Shown here one piece after another: positions 13,010 to 24,697 of a stretch of DNA of 41,280 nt. How positions within the stretch are numbered: position 1 is the first letter of the stretch; each line of letters begins with the position of its first letter. Both the position numbers and the translations under genes were made by a program. The DNA lies in contig JYFJ02003460.1 of NCBI GenBank assembly GCA_000934665.2, positions 1 through 41,280 of the forward strand, given 5' to 3'. Under the pieces are notes generated by a model, which was given only the letters and a program-made list of their open reading frames with translations, was not told where the DNA came from and did not search any database. The DNA comes from Catajapyx aquilonaris (lineage: Eukaryota).

Positions 13010-14345
13010 TGTTGCTCTTTTTTCAATATTTATTCTTTCGATTGGATCTGAATTTACACTCAATGAACCGTATTTTACAATATCAATACAACTGGGGGGA
13101 AAGGGTTGGATATTTACAACACGTAGAGAGGCAGAAGAATTTTTATATACAGGGTCCATAGAACTTGTCAACAACTTACAAACGGAGACAACAGTATCGT
13201 AAACACCGACAATAAATACTGCGTTACATTGAGACGAATGTCCATCGAAGCGGAACCGAAGTATAACCCATGATTATGGGTTGCATATTTTATGGGCTAC
13301 AAGATATAGGATCTCTCTTTCTCTCGGGTGGTTTCGGGCCTAAAAGACGGCCTGTCCTTTTGAGAAAACCCCCTTTCAATAACGTTGCATCACCTTTAGG
13401 GGGGGTCCCCATGAGACTTGGAGCAGGACTCGTACATTCTGTTCAAAGATTGGTGGGGCGTTTCAGATATACCCAACAATCATCTTGGGTGGGGGTGAGG
13501 AAGGAAATAAAAATCTGCGCTTATCACACCTCAGGGGGAAACACGACACATGTGCATAAATTAACTCACAAAATAAGGCCTACAGTCTGCATTATTCAAA
13601 AAGTGGAATCGATAGAGAAAGCACAGCTATGTGCAGTCTTTTTTTTCTTTTCTTTTTTACCCAAACGGATGTGTGTCCGAATACTGTATTTTGGTGGGTC
13701 ATAAACACGCCCCCGCTTTTCAGATACCCGAAAAAAGTATCGGTGTATACCTGACATACTATCCACTTATACACACAGGTTTTACGACGTACCATAGCGC
13801 CAACCAGAAACAGTCATGCAAGAAATATACTCGCATCATGGCCATCGTACCGATGCCCAAGTCACCTACGAAGACACTTCTCCGCAACATTTGGCCAAAA
13901 GTTTCGAGTACGTTACTGTATCGAGTCAGAATTTGAAACTGTAAAAAGGGTGCGTGAGTTGGACTTTATATAGTCAAGATGCCGATACTCACCGAATGCA
14001 TGGGCCGAAAACAGTAAAAAAAAAGACAGAACGCAAAGGCGGGGTATACCAGAACCAGTTTGCAAGGCTCCCTTTACGGCACGCACAGTCAATCAAGAGA
14101 TGAGAGCATGACTCTCAATAAATCCTCACCTGCATGTTGTAACCAGCTAAACACGGACCACCCAACAACCCGCAAGAACCCAAAATTTCACACCCGGCCC
14201 ACCCCCTCCCCTTTTAAATAAAAAAACATTCTTGTACTAGGTGGTAGCCGAATTAAAAGCACCAAAAAACATGACTCATCGCACACTGCACCGGTATTTG
14301 GACCCTGTTTCAGGCCTCGTAGCCTGGAGTACGAGAGGCGTCTCG
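13010..14345 (-). other. Probable 3'UTR of Tbx20/H15 (~1.3 kb; end approximate)
   Basis: Follows the stop codon. The minus strand is T/G-rich towards the distal end, with TGTA motifs, and ends at an AATAAA. No transcript evidence is available. Confidence 0.55.
13029..13034 (-). terminator. Candidate polyadenylation signal AATAAA
   Basis: Plus-strand TTTATT at 13029-13034; first canonical hexamer I found downstream of the stop; GTGTTTAATTTTT follows about 30 nt further on the minus strand. Confidence 0.5.
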
Positions 14346-14916
14346 TCAGCTCCTGTTGGCCGAGGGCATCTGTTCTGATGAGGGTGAGGGTGCCATGACC
14401 GGTGGGGACCCCACGTGTTTGGGTACCAGGTACGGGCTATACCGGTGGAGGTTTAGGGGGCTGAAGGCGGCGGACGACGCGCTACTGGTGGGTAGGAACG
14501 GTCTGGGCAGGCGCATTTCGGCTGACATGGCCGCGGCTGCAGCCGCCACAGACGGGGAGGAGTTGGCCATGGCTGCTGCCGCTGCGGCAGCGGCAGCAGC
14601 CCCGGGTATCAGCCCCATTTGACCCAGCCCATGCACTGCGGTCCATTGGTTCCAGAGGTGGGCGGGCAGGGGCAGGGGCGAAGGGTTGCCCCGGCTGTTG
14701 TTCAGGGTGTACAGTTGTGGTATGGACTGGGAGCCCAGGAGCGGGTGCATGTCCGAGCTGGCCGGTGGGTAGCTGGCCGGACGTCCCCAAAGGAGCTGCT
14801 GTCGTGCCTTTTCGGCCACGGACAGCAGGTTGTTGTTCTCCGCATCTGTCTCCGAGTACAGCCGGAGTGGTGACCTCAGAAAGTGCTGGTCCATGAACAT
14901 CCCGTCCATTGTGTCC
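14346..14916 (-). CDS. Tbx20: Tbx20/H15 terminal coding exon 6 (DTMDGMFMDQHFLRSPLRLY...poly-Ala...RYSPY...ANRS*)
   Basis: Acceptor CCCAACAG|G fits phase 2 from exon 5. GC-rich open frame to TGA at 14346-14348. RSPLR resembles the post-T-box RSP motif of the Tbx20 family; Pro/Ala/Ser-rich effector region. Confidence 0.9.
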
Positions 14917-15210
14917 CTGTTGGGTGCAAAGAGGGCAAAACAGGACCATTTAGCAAGTGGGCATCATTATCGCTCTGGTTACACGGTAGCAAAACACCTT
15001 TGTCGGCAAACCCCAAAATTCCCTCTAACGGACCGTTTATAAAAGATATTTACAGGCACCCAAAAGTTGTGTCCAAGCCCAGTGATTAATGGGGATCCGG
15101 CACGCCTGGCCGAGAAGCCTATCAGACAGTCGTAATAGAATTTCCCTTTTTTTCGGGACGGCTGCTGCCCTGGGGACACCGCCACGGATAATGTGGTCAG
15201 CCAGAGCAGT

Positions 15211-15228
15211 AGAAGAAGAAGAAGAAGA
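15211..15228 (+). repeat. (AGA)6 microsatellite in intron 5
   Basis: AGAAGAAGAAGAAGAAGA. Confidence 0.8.
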
Positions 15229-15831
15229 CCCAGGGGTGGCTACTTATTAATTCCGGCGAGGTGGTGGGAATCCAAGCCGATGAAAACTTGACCATCAACA
15301 CCTGGCTGGCGAAGGGCTTTGAGCCTCGCCGACTCCGATCCCTGGGATTTTCCCTCTCCAGACCTCCCACATATATATTTATGCTCGGAAGGATTCGGCC
15401 TAACATCTATCACCTGGGCGTAATTATAAGGCGGGGAGCCCCGGCCTCCGTCAAATGACCAACTTAATTGAAAACATGATCCAGGTATTACCAAGTCGAG
15501 CGCGTCGACTCTCTTCACACTTACTGGGACGCCTTTCCTTTAATACGTATAATTTAAAACGTTTACATTCTACTTAGCTTCACACTCTGGGAGATAGGCA
15601 CGCAAGTACATAAATCAAAAGACGCTTCTAGAGTTGCTGCTGCATTGGGATCATTCGATGGGCCAAGACACGTGATCAAATTACGTAGCGGTGCACGGGT
15701 GTTGCAAAGGCTGGTAAATAGCATATTGCCGGACACGGAAACCTGTGAAGGGGTTTTGCCAAAGGACGTGAGATGATTCCGAGACGGCAAATTACAGGAG
15801 GAGCCCGCCGGCGGGGACCTGTAGCATTAAA

Positions 15832-15847
15832 GGGGGGGGGGGGGGGG
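15832..15847 (+). repeat. G16 homopolymer in intron 5
   Basis: Run of 16 G. Confidence 0.9.
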
Positions 15848-18800
15848 TCTTATCAGGTGGCACTTATCTGGGGCAGGGCCCCTTTGTAGCCACGTAGTAA
15901 TCAGTGGCGTATCGGGAGCCCAATGAGTTGCGGTACCGGGCTAGCCAGCCGCCGCGGGCCCGCGCGGGACAGCCTGCAACTTCTCGCCGCCTTTCGTGAC
16001 TCGCGTTTGTCTCTGTCCATTCCTCGGCACGAAGCCTCAGCCCCCGACTCTAATTACTGACTAAATGCACAGAACAATTGCCAAGTGGGCTAAGGTCGTC
16101 ATCGGCCCTACTACATCAGTGTTGAAGACGCCTGCACGCAGCCAAATGGGCCGTACAGCTGAAAAGTCTTCGCCATCGCCTAAATGTTGCTCGTTTGACA
16201 CTTTTGCAAACGCGCCGTTACGACACGGCCAGGTGAGCCAGATGTAACGTGGTAGCCCCGAAATAGCTCGTTACAATTCGTGTACGCCATGTGAGAACCA
16301 TCTGAGGGCATACCGTTCACTCGTTAGGAAGAAGTCGGAATGTCACCATCTTGAGTTTCAACCTCGGAGGTCTCTTTCCCCCCTCCAGTCTTGTTCCCAC
16401 ATGGTTTTGCCTCATTTGAACTTGTAATCAAGGGTCATTTCCAACGGTGTGTGGTCCTAGGGTTGCCTCTTTTTCCCTATCCAGTGTCTCCCGTTTCCAC
16501 AGGGCTGCAGGCCCTCATTTTCAGGCCCAGCACTTTTCCTCACCCTATCAAGATCCCGGTCGCCTTCATGCGAGACTACACGCAGGAAGCCTCACTCACT
16601 CAACTACCCGTCTTTTCTTCCAGAGATGCCGCCACAAGGCTTTTTTTCAATTAATCTAACCCAACAATACAACGCGACAATTATCTGCCTTTTTGTGCGT
16701 TTTTCCTATAGGCTCCAATTTCAGCGATGCAATTTTCACGTCAGGAAATCCGAGTAAAGGTGGGGCCTACTGCCGGCTTCTTTTACTATCCTGTCTGGCA
16801 ACACTGATGGTGATTGCTATTGACGCCCTGCCTACCTGGAAGCATTGTTCCAGCATTTTTCTCCTCGTTTCGTCATTCGAGTTACGCCTCTTTTTCCCAG
16901 CTGTCTAGGCAATCTTGACGCGATGGAAGGAAAAGAATGAAAAAAAAAATACAACAACTTGAAGAAGTTGCCACGTCCACTTTACACACATTTCCCATCC
17001 AGATAGGCCATCTTGCGCCAATCCACGTTGCTTCTTATTAATTCACAAAAGGGAAGATTTCCACATGCGAAAGAAAGCGCGCGCGTCATTTATTTCCTTG
17101 CGAAACGGCGCCTTGTTTTGTTTATGAAGGCGTACCATCATCCTCAAAACCTGAGAAAAGCAGACAAAACACGCGAGCCATTTAACAGGAAGCCCTGCTG
17201 GGAGCCGAGTGAAAACTTCTGAGAAGTCTCAATCAATCTTCTTTTTTGGCAAGCCCCTCTTCATCATTATTCACCAATGACTCCCCTACTAATAATACAA
17301 GCCATTTCCAATACTAAGCGTGACCCATAAAACCCTCCACTATATAGTGTCCCAAACTTTTTTAGGAGGAGAATCGATCCGACCTATAGTTGCTGATATT
17401 AAAACAAAAAAAAAAATGTAAGCACGCCAAAAAAGCGGCAAGGTGCCGAAGCCGGACCGCCGAGTTCGCGGGACAAGGCCTAATTACAGAGGGCGATAAT
17501 ATCGCTTCTCCGGTCGGTTGGTAGGTGATTATTCTGTCACCATCATGGTCGACACTTCCTCTCTCGGCCATTCCCGTCAGGCACTTTGCATCGCACGCAA
17601 CCAAAGCAATTGGTTCCGCTCTTGAGCTTCGGAAGCCTTATTGTGCCGTCTTGCCGCAAGGGGTGTACACACACCAGGCTTTTACACACTGCTAAATGTG
17701 AGGGGTGGAAGGCAAAAGGCTCGATTGTCCAACACGGTTAAGGGTAATGGCGGGTGGTGTCACGTGCTGACCCCAACGCGATTGGTGGGTGCATGTGGGT
17801 TGGGGGGAAATGTCATTTTTTCACTTTTTCTACTTATAAGTACCGCCCTATCGCAAAATATGAATTGAAAAAGAAGTTATTTTTTCAAAAACATTTCCAG
17901 ATCATGTAAGTCAGAACAATATGGAGACGCATCGAAGTTTTAAAAATGTGTAGGGCTACTGTAAAATTTAAATTTCATTTAACATCTCAATATATTGCGC
18001 TGAATGCTGCATGTTAGGCCTAATAGGTAGCCTATATGAAAATTTTCATTTACACACATGATAAGAAAAATATTTAGCCAGCTAGCAAAAATTCATTTAC
18101 ATTACTTAAGTCTTAATCTATGCATTGGACAACAAAGACAGGTGCCATTTCAAGTGCAAAGATTGTTCAAAATTATAATAATATTCAGGTAAAAATATGA
18201 TCCACAAATTTATTATTCACCTAAAACAAGTGTTGCTGCTACTACCAAATGGTGGTCATATTTGGACATCTATATATCCGCTTGTCCCGTTTGGACATAC
18301 CACACTTGACCCCTGCCACCTTTGAACCCACTTAATTTGGGACACCCGTAAATCAGTGTGCCTATACGTCCATGCGACTATGAGCTAGAACCCTGCTTTA
18401 AAAATACATGAATGTAAACGAGAGCCATATTTCCAAGCGAAAGGTGGGCAATAACTTGTGTAGGTGGCATTAATAATGCGAGGATTAGCATAATGAAGTG
18501 CGCGTTAGAGAGCGGGACCGTAAAAAGAGGGGGGTGGGGGGAGGGTACCTGTAGTGTGTAAAAAAAAGTTCAAAAAAAGCAGGAAGCGTACCTTCCCACC
18601 TGTCCTCGACGTTGCAAGTCCAAAACTTGCATGATGCTTATTGGTTGATCCATGAGGTTGACCTGCCAATTGTCCATGCTTAAAAAACAAGGGGGGCGTG
18701 ACCCAGTACAATATTAGGAAACTGATCTTTGATCTTGAGATTATAAGAATAGGGGGGTTTAAAAATGTGAAAGTTGCAAGGTAGGATGAGACTGATGGTT

Positions 18801-20086
18801 ACAAAAAGTGTCATGATGGTAAATAAACGAGGTCATAACTTTGGCCGCCCCTCTTTTTTTTATGAGGGATGCAAATTCGAATTAGTCGTGGTTTCACGCA
18901 ACAATTCTATAAAACCTGGCCCCCGTATATCAGTCCCCTCCTTTCACGTGCGTTTTAATTTAACAGAATCAATATCGGCTGCATCGCGGCAATTTATCAT
19001 CAGTCGGAGGCAAGGATTGACAGCGACTTTTTGTCGTACCTGCGCAACCTGAGGCCCTCGGGGAATATTTTCAAAATAAAAGGTCGCAATTTATGGGTAG
19101 GTTATCACATATGTATCGTACCGCCTTCTCAAACAGATAAAATAACCCCCTTTCTATTTTCCCCCCCTCTAATGAGGTCGTGCATGCCGCAAGAAAATTG
19201 GCCCTAACTGATTTTTAAACGTCTTCCAGGAATTGGTGCAAACATTGAATACTGTGTAACAATTTGCTGTTATCAACCTACTAAAAACATATCATATAGC
19301 TTTCTTTTTTTTCCCTCCAAGCCCGCCAGACATCCCTTATCGTATTATGACTAAATGTTACTTAGCACACTTTTAAGGATATTTATTGGTCCAAACGTTG
19401 AGAGATTTGCATGTCCCAGGACGGTTATTCAAGCCATAAATATGTCTAAAGCGTGCGCTACAAGATTCCCTCCAGTCCCTATATTCCCTCCCCCGCCTCT
19501 CCCCTCAAAAAGAGGGGGGGTTTCAGGTAACGCCTCCTCCACTCTCTCAACAACCACTACTTCCCTTCATTTCCTATGCTTTATCGATGTGCCGATAGTG
19601 TCTACAGTACTTTGCTTTACCCCACCGCTGCACTGAAAGTATCGACTGGAAATATGGCGCATGATATGTTTAGCAAGGTGTTGTTTACATGGTGGGTAAG
19701 ATGTAAAATAATTTATATATATAAAAAAACATACTTCCTCTCTTCAAGAAGCCTTGGACTTATTAACCGCTATTCAGTGGATAATAATAGAGGCAGGAAA
19801 AGCGGTGGGCACGGGGCGAATTACACGCACATACACACGCTTCCTGGATGTGGAAACGTACCGCAGAAACAAAAATGGACCTGGCAAGAAGCCACAGACA
19901 ATACTCCATTCATATCATGAAGCTGGCCAGCTAACTAGACCACCCGGGGTTACTTTAGCCCATTGTAATTCTTGGACTGGCAGCCTGATGGCGTTGAATG
20001 CCTCAAGATGGCGCGCGCATCCACTACACACGCTCCCACTGCACTGGCTCAATTATCCCCAGTACCAGGTTGAATAACAATAATAA

Positions 20087-20109
20087 TAAATAAATAAATA
20101 AATAAATAA
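20087..20109 (+). repeat. (TAAA)n microsatellite in intron 5
   Basis: About 5-6 TAAA units preceded by TAA/CAA triplets. Confidence 0.8.
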
Positions 20110-20688
20110 TAACTGTTACACTTGCAGTTTAAATTTGTGTTTAACTACTGCTGTTTGCATTTTCGCATGTAGCATGGTCTATCATTTCACCCTGCAAACT
20201 ATCCATAATTCGCCAAAGCTGTAGCTATTTCATCTATGCACACCTCCCTACTAATAGGCCTGTTTCCCAACCCTTAAAAAGTTGCCCCAACACCGCCGGT
20301 TTATCATATTGACACGCGGTAATAAATTAGGATTGAAAATGGACCCTTTCAACTTAATATCAGCGTAAAGTGAGTTTGACTGGTCAGATAGTGTGGTTAT
20401 CTGCATATGGGTAGCTCGGCAGTGTCCAAAAAGCAGTAGGGGGTTGGCTCGTGTTGCCTTTTTTGGCAGCAGATGGGTCTAGTCCTCCAGATGCACACGT
20501 GGACCTTATCAGATCGGAGGCCTTGTTGTTTTTTGGGGGTTTTCTTCAGTTTTTTTTATTATTTTAGCTGGCTGACCTCCAGTCATTTTTTTAGGGTAAA
20601 CTCTGCGTGCGGCGGATACGCTTTACATTCAACTGCTCAATTGACTCTTCAGAAAAAAAGACAGATTTCCAAATAGTTGGGGGCTTAC

Positions 20689-20765
20689 CTTTCAAAATCG
20701 GTGAGTCTAGAGGAGTCACGGAATCCTTTCGCAAATGGATTGCTGTCGATTTTGAGTTTGGTGAT
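20689..20765 (-). CDS. Tbx20: Tbx20/H15 coding exon 5 (end of T-box: ITKLKIDSNPFAKGFRDSSRLTDFE); absent from the ORF track
   Basis: Read directly from the minus strand: TTTGTTTCAG|ATC ACC AAA CTC AAA ATC GAC AGC AAT CCA TTT GCG AAA GGA TTC CGT...GAA AG|GTAAGC; 77 nt. Confidence 0.98.
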
Positions 20766-21128
20766 CTGAAACAAAGGTCAAGTCAAATGTTAGAATTTGT
20801 ATACCCGACAAAAATTGAAACCAATTTTTTTTTTGTTCAAAATTCCGTATAGCCTACAGTTACTGTGTGAAAATAGAAACTTTTTTGCCATATCCTGTTA
20901 CAAGTATATTAATATGTAGTTCACGTGCAATAAATCTCATAATTGCCTGAGGGTATTTTCATGTATATTGCGCTTTATTATTACCGCTACATGCTCAAGG
21001 ACGATTATGAAAACAACGACACGCCCTATATGGAACATGTGGTGTGATGCTTTTCATAATTGCAAAATAACACAATTGTTTCGGAATTTTCTGATCATAT
21101 TCCTAGAAATAGATAAAGATAAACTTAC

Positions 21129-21290
21129 CAACTGGTTTTGGTAGGCAGTGACCGCAGTGAACACAGTTTCAGTAAATATATACGTCCGATACTCTTCGGC
21201 CTCGAGGTCAGCAACTGGGGCATTCGTATTTTCCTTCCACTTGACCAGATGTATACGAGGTTGGTACTTGTGCATTGAATTGAGGACAAT
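21129..21290 (-). CDS. Tbx20: Tbx20/H15 coding exon 4 (T-box: IVLNSMHKYQPRIHLV...TAVTAYQNQL)
   Basis: Acceptor CCTTTGCAG|ATT, donor TTG|GTAAGT; 54 codons of conserved T-box sequence. Confidence 0.98.
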
Positions 21291-23468
21291 CTGCAAAGGA
21301 CAAAAAATACCATCTATATTGTTACCCATTCCGCCGTGATGAAAAACTGACTGGACAAGTCTCATTACAACATTCGGCATGTACGACCTCCATTAATCAA
21401 AACCTCTTTTTTTATTTTCATGTGTTTTTTTGTCCCATTTGGAAGGAAGTGGGATGAGGCAGGTTCTGCAGGTGATAAAGGCACTTTTTCCATCACAGGA
21501 TGGTAGTGTGAACATAAACAAAAGTCTCGCCAACACGAGGAAGGTATTATCCTTGACACAAGTTCGTAAATTTCGAAGCCATCTTTTTGGTGAGGATTTT
21601 TATCACCATCCCCTCAAAAAACTGGAATACTATACATTTTGCTCCAGTTTTCAATCAGTAATGGATTAGATTGAGCAAACATATGGCAAGCGTCGGTCCT
21701 ACCTTTAGATTATAAAGAAACGACTAAACTGGTATCGACACATCTCATTAGGCAAATTCGAAAATTACATTAATCTAGGTTAGCACTACCTGGTAGTCGA
21801 TGCAACATGTAATTGAAATGTCGCAAATGGATAGTCTTTGTTTGCCTTGTTTTTATCATTAGTATACATTTTTTCTCACATGTCGCCCACTGCATGTTAC
21901 CCAGGCAGGTGCACAATGCAAGAAAATCCACAACAGCTGCTTCCATATTTTTTTCTGAATTAATATTCCTAACGCCCGTTTGGGACGAATATTTAAAAAA
22001 AAGGGTGTCGATTACTTTATATCTCAAGTCGCGCTTTTTTCCCCATCTAAAACCCTCAAAGTGTGACCACTGTTCTGCCAAAGTAAGATGCATGTAGCGT
22101 GCTAGCTTCTTCAAATTAATAGACCTAACAGGTGTGGAAATAAAATGAGCTCAACGCAACCATCCAGTACATACAAAACTATGCAGCAAAAGAGATAGTA
22201 ATAAAAAAAATTAAAAAAAGAAGTTCGGGTTGGCTAATGCCCAAGGACACTCGATTCGTGCAAAGAGGGGGAAAATGCGTGTACCGTCAGCCCAGCAGAT
22301 CCCTATGCCTAAATATACATTGCCATGCCAACACATTCAAATATTCATTAAGGGGAATTTTCCAGAACTGGCGGAAATCCTCTCTTTGCTTCGTGAGAAA
22401 GGATACAGGAAACTTCCTTTCCTCCTCCCCTTTGTTCCCTTGCATGTTGTCGAAAGAAACTATAAAACGAACTGTGTAAGGACCATAATTCGTGTTAAAC
22501 TCTGCATCCCCCCCTCCCCTCCCCAATGCCTACCTCTCTAACTAACTAAGATGGCCACAAAACTTGTACCCCATAATAAAAAGGACCACACCTAAGGGTA
22601 CCCCCACTTGACAGCTGCAACCTCAGCGTGTCTGTCCCATTTCGGCCAAGAGAGACTTGTCCGTCACACCGCAGCCCACCAACGTCCATCCGTGTCACTG
22701 GGGCCATTTAGGACAATATTTACAACAGGTGATGGGTCCCTGAGCTGCCCTTTTACCATAGAAAAAAGGAGGTGTGTTGTAGCCCAAAATTCGTCACGCG
22801 GCCATTTTTAAAACCGTATTTCCAACTGGTCAGGGTTTGAAATAATTTTGTCCTCTATATTTACACCCAGCCAATCAGCCGATTACAATTACCGCTGCCA
22901 ACAAGTCATGTCGTCACTGCTCCGAAAAACGATCTGGCGAACGAGCTACCTCTGGGAAATACATCAACAGGCATCAATTATTAATTCTTTCATCATGGGC
23001 ACTGAGATAACAGGTCTGCCGAATTATGAGGCAGATACAGACATAGCCAAAGTGAAAGTACCAAGTAGGTGTAGTGAAAGGCCCTACCTTGAGGACATGA
23101 CAGAGTGGTTGTAAATCACCAAGTTGCTCTTCATCTAGCCCCGTGCCTGCCATAAAACCTCCTCGTGGAGGGTCCAAAGTTTTGTTTCAGTTCCTGGTTT
23201 GGAACCCCTGTGGAGTCTCCAAACCACGGTGGTAATGGAGAGGTTCCTCCAGGGTGCGGACCACCGTCGGAGGTCCAGGCCTCGAGGCACCGGTCTTTAG
23301 GCAGGTGAGGAAAAGCCTCCAAAAAGTTACAGGCCGCCTGCTGCATACATTGTGTGCGTGACGCTCAATGTTTCCAGGTGCATTGAGTTTGAAGACTTCG
23401 TTTTGGTATCACCCTGTGTCCTCCAACAACGAAGAACTGACCGGCCATACCGTACAAGAAAAAAAATC

Positions 23469-23531
23469 CGGAAATACTTAAGTTTGAACACCTACTGTAC
23501 TTTCTTAGGTGCTCAAACTTAAGTATTTCCG
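23469..23531. repeat. Inverted repeat in intron 3, 26-bp arms, 11-nt spacer, 1 mismatch
   Basis: CGGAAATACTTAAGTTTGAACACCTA-CTGTACTTTCT-TAGGTGCTCAAACTTAAGTATTTCCG. Confidence 0.96.
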
Positions 23532-24374
23532 CATAATGTCGGTTTTAATCCCTCATAAATATTAGCCGGATTAACTTTTAAGAAAAAAAGTTGAACCAGG
23601 AACTGCTGTTGAAAGGATAAAGAGACGGTTCAACGCTACTGTAACTCTATGCCTTGTTTTATGCACTGACATTGCCACAATTACATTTTTTTATGCCAGC
23701 CAGATTTCTGGGCGATGTTAATCTGCGTTACGTTACGATGATCAATTTCTTCATTTCGTGGTCAAAGCGACTTCCACGACGTGAACTTCCGGTGCTAACC
23801 GGTCCAATGAGTCAAAAAATGCGTCTGGTTCGGTTACGGTCTTTGAATTTATGGATTTCCTTTCCTTACCTGAAGTTCGGAGATCATAACACCATACATG
23901 TTTTTTTTTGAAACAATTTTTTTTGTAGGTCCCCCCCTCTCAACTCCTAATGAGACAACGAAAGAGGAGCCAAACATATTAATAACACACCCCGGCCATT
24001 GTTTCAAAGTTTTTCCGGAGCGAGCCCGGTAATTATTTCGTGTCAGAACCACAACAAAAGAGGCCTAGCGATAAAATTAGGCCCGTTCCTCTCATCGCCT
24101 AAACACCTAAAAGCACTTCATCCCCCTTCCCACCACTTCACTTAGGTTGAAACATGAGCCGGAAGTGTGCGATGGTTTTCATGTGTGGTCTTTCAATTGG
24201 CAGCCAATTATATTTGATCCTTCATACACAAAAAAACAGCAATTCCCCATGTCCATGGGGGGATTAAATAAACCGCCCCCTCTCCTGTCATTTTACAGAG
24301 TGAGAAATTCCTTCCTTCCTTTATCCACCTGGAAGTTCCGCCAAATTAGTCAAGGATCAAAAATGGCCGCTTAC

Positions 24375-24648
24375 CTGCCCATTTTTGTCCATTTCGTTGT
24401 TGGTGAGCTTGACCTTTTCGAAGGAGACGACCTGCTTCTTCAGCTGTTCTCCACTGAAGGGTGAGTCTGGATGCATGTACAATCGACTTGGTGCAGGAGG
24501 GTCAGCTTTGCCTGCTACTAACCAGGATGACCTGTGGTAGGCATACCGGTACCGCTTGTTGTCCACAGGTACGATGTCCATCAACACAGCATACCGCTGC
24601 TCAGACCGAACACCGCTGAACGACACCCGGACTGTCGGAAACATTCTC
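24375..24648 (-). CDS. Tbx20: Tbx20/H15 coding exon 3 (T-box: [10 protein letters not shown]...NEMDKNGQ)
   Basis: Acceptor AATTCCAG|G, donor CAG|GTAAGC; unmistakable T-box core. Confidence 0.98.
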
Positions 24649-24667
24649 CTGGAATTAGACAAGGTTT

Positions 24668-24697
24668 GGGTCATACTTGGGGTCATACTTGGGGTCA
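24668..24697. repeat. 12-bp tandem repeat, 2.5 copies, next to the exon 3 acceptor
   Basis: GGGTCATACTTG GGGTCATACTTG GGGTCA. Confidence 0.9.

Noticed and set aside
13522..13528. K-box / miR-2-family seed match TGTGATA in the 3'UTR
   Set aside because: A single 7-mer in 1.3 kb is weak evidence without conservation data.
14356..14949. Several overlapping ORFs on both strands
   Set aside because: Alternative-frame and antisense shadows of GC-rich exon 6.
17341..18350. Possible Tc1/mariner-type MITE bounded by GTGTCCCAAA (17347) and TTTGGGACAC (18336) near TA dinucleotides
   Set aside because: Only a 10-bp match and the outer bases disagree; cannot be supported without a repeat library.
23131..23450. 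GC-rich, coding-looking stretch in intron 3
   Set aside because: No recognisable transposon or host protein similarity in the frames examined and no convincing splice pair.
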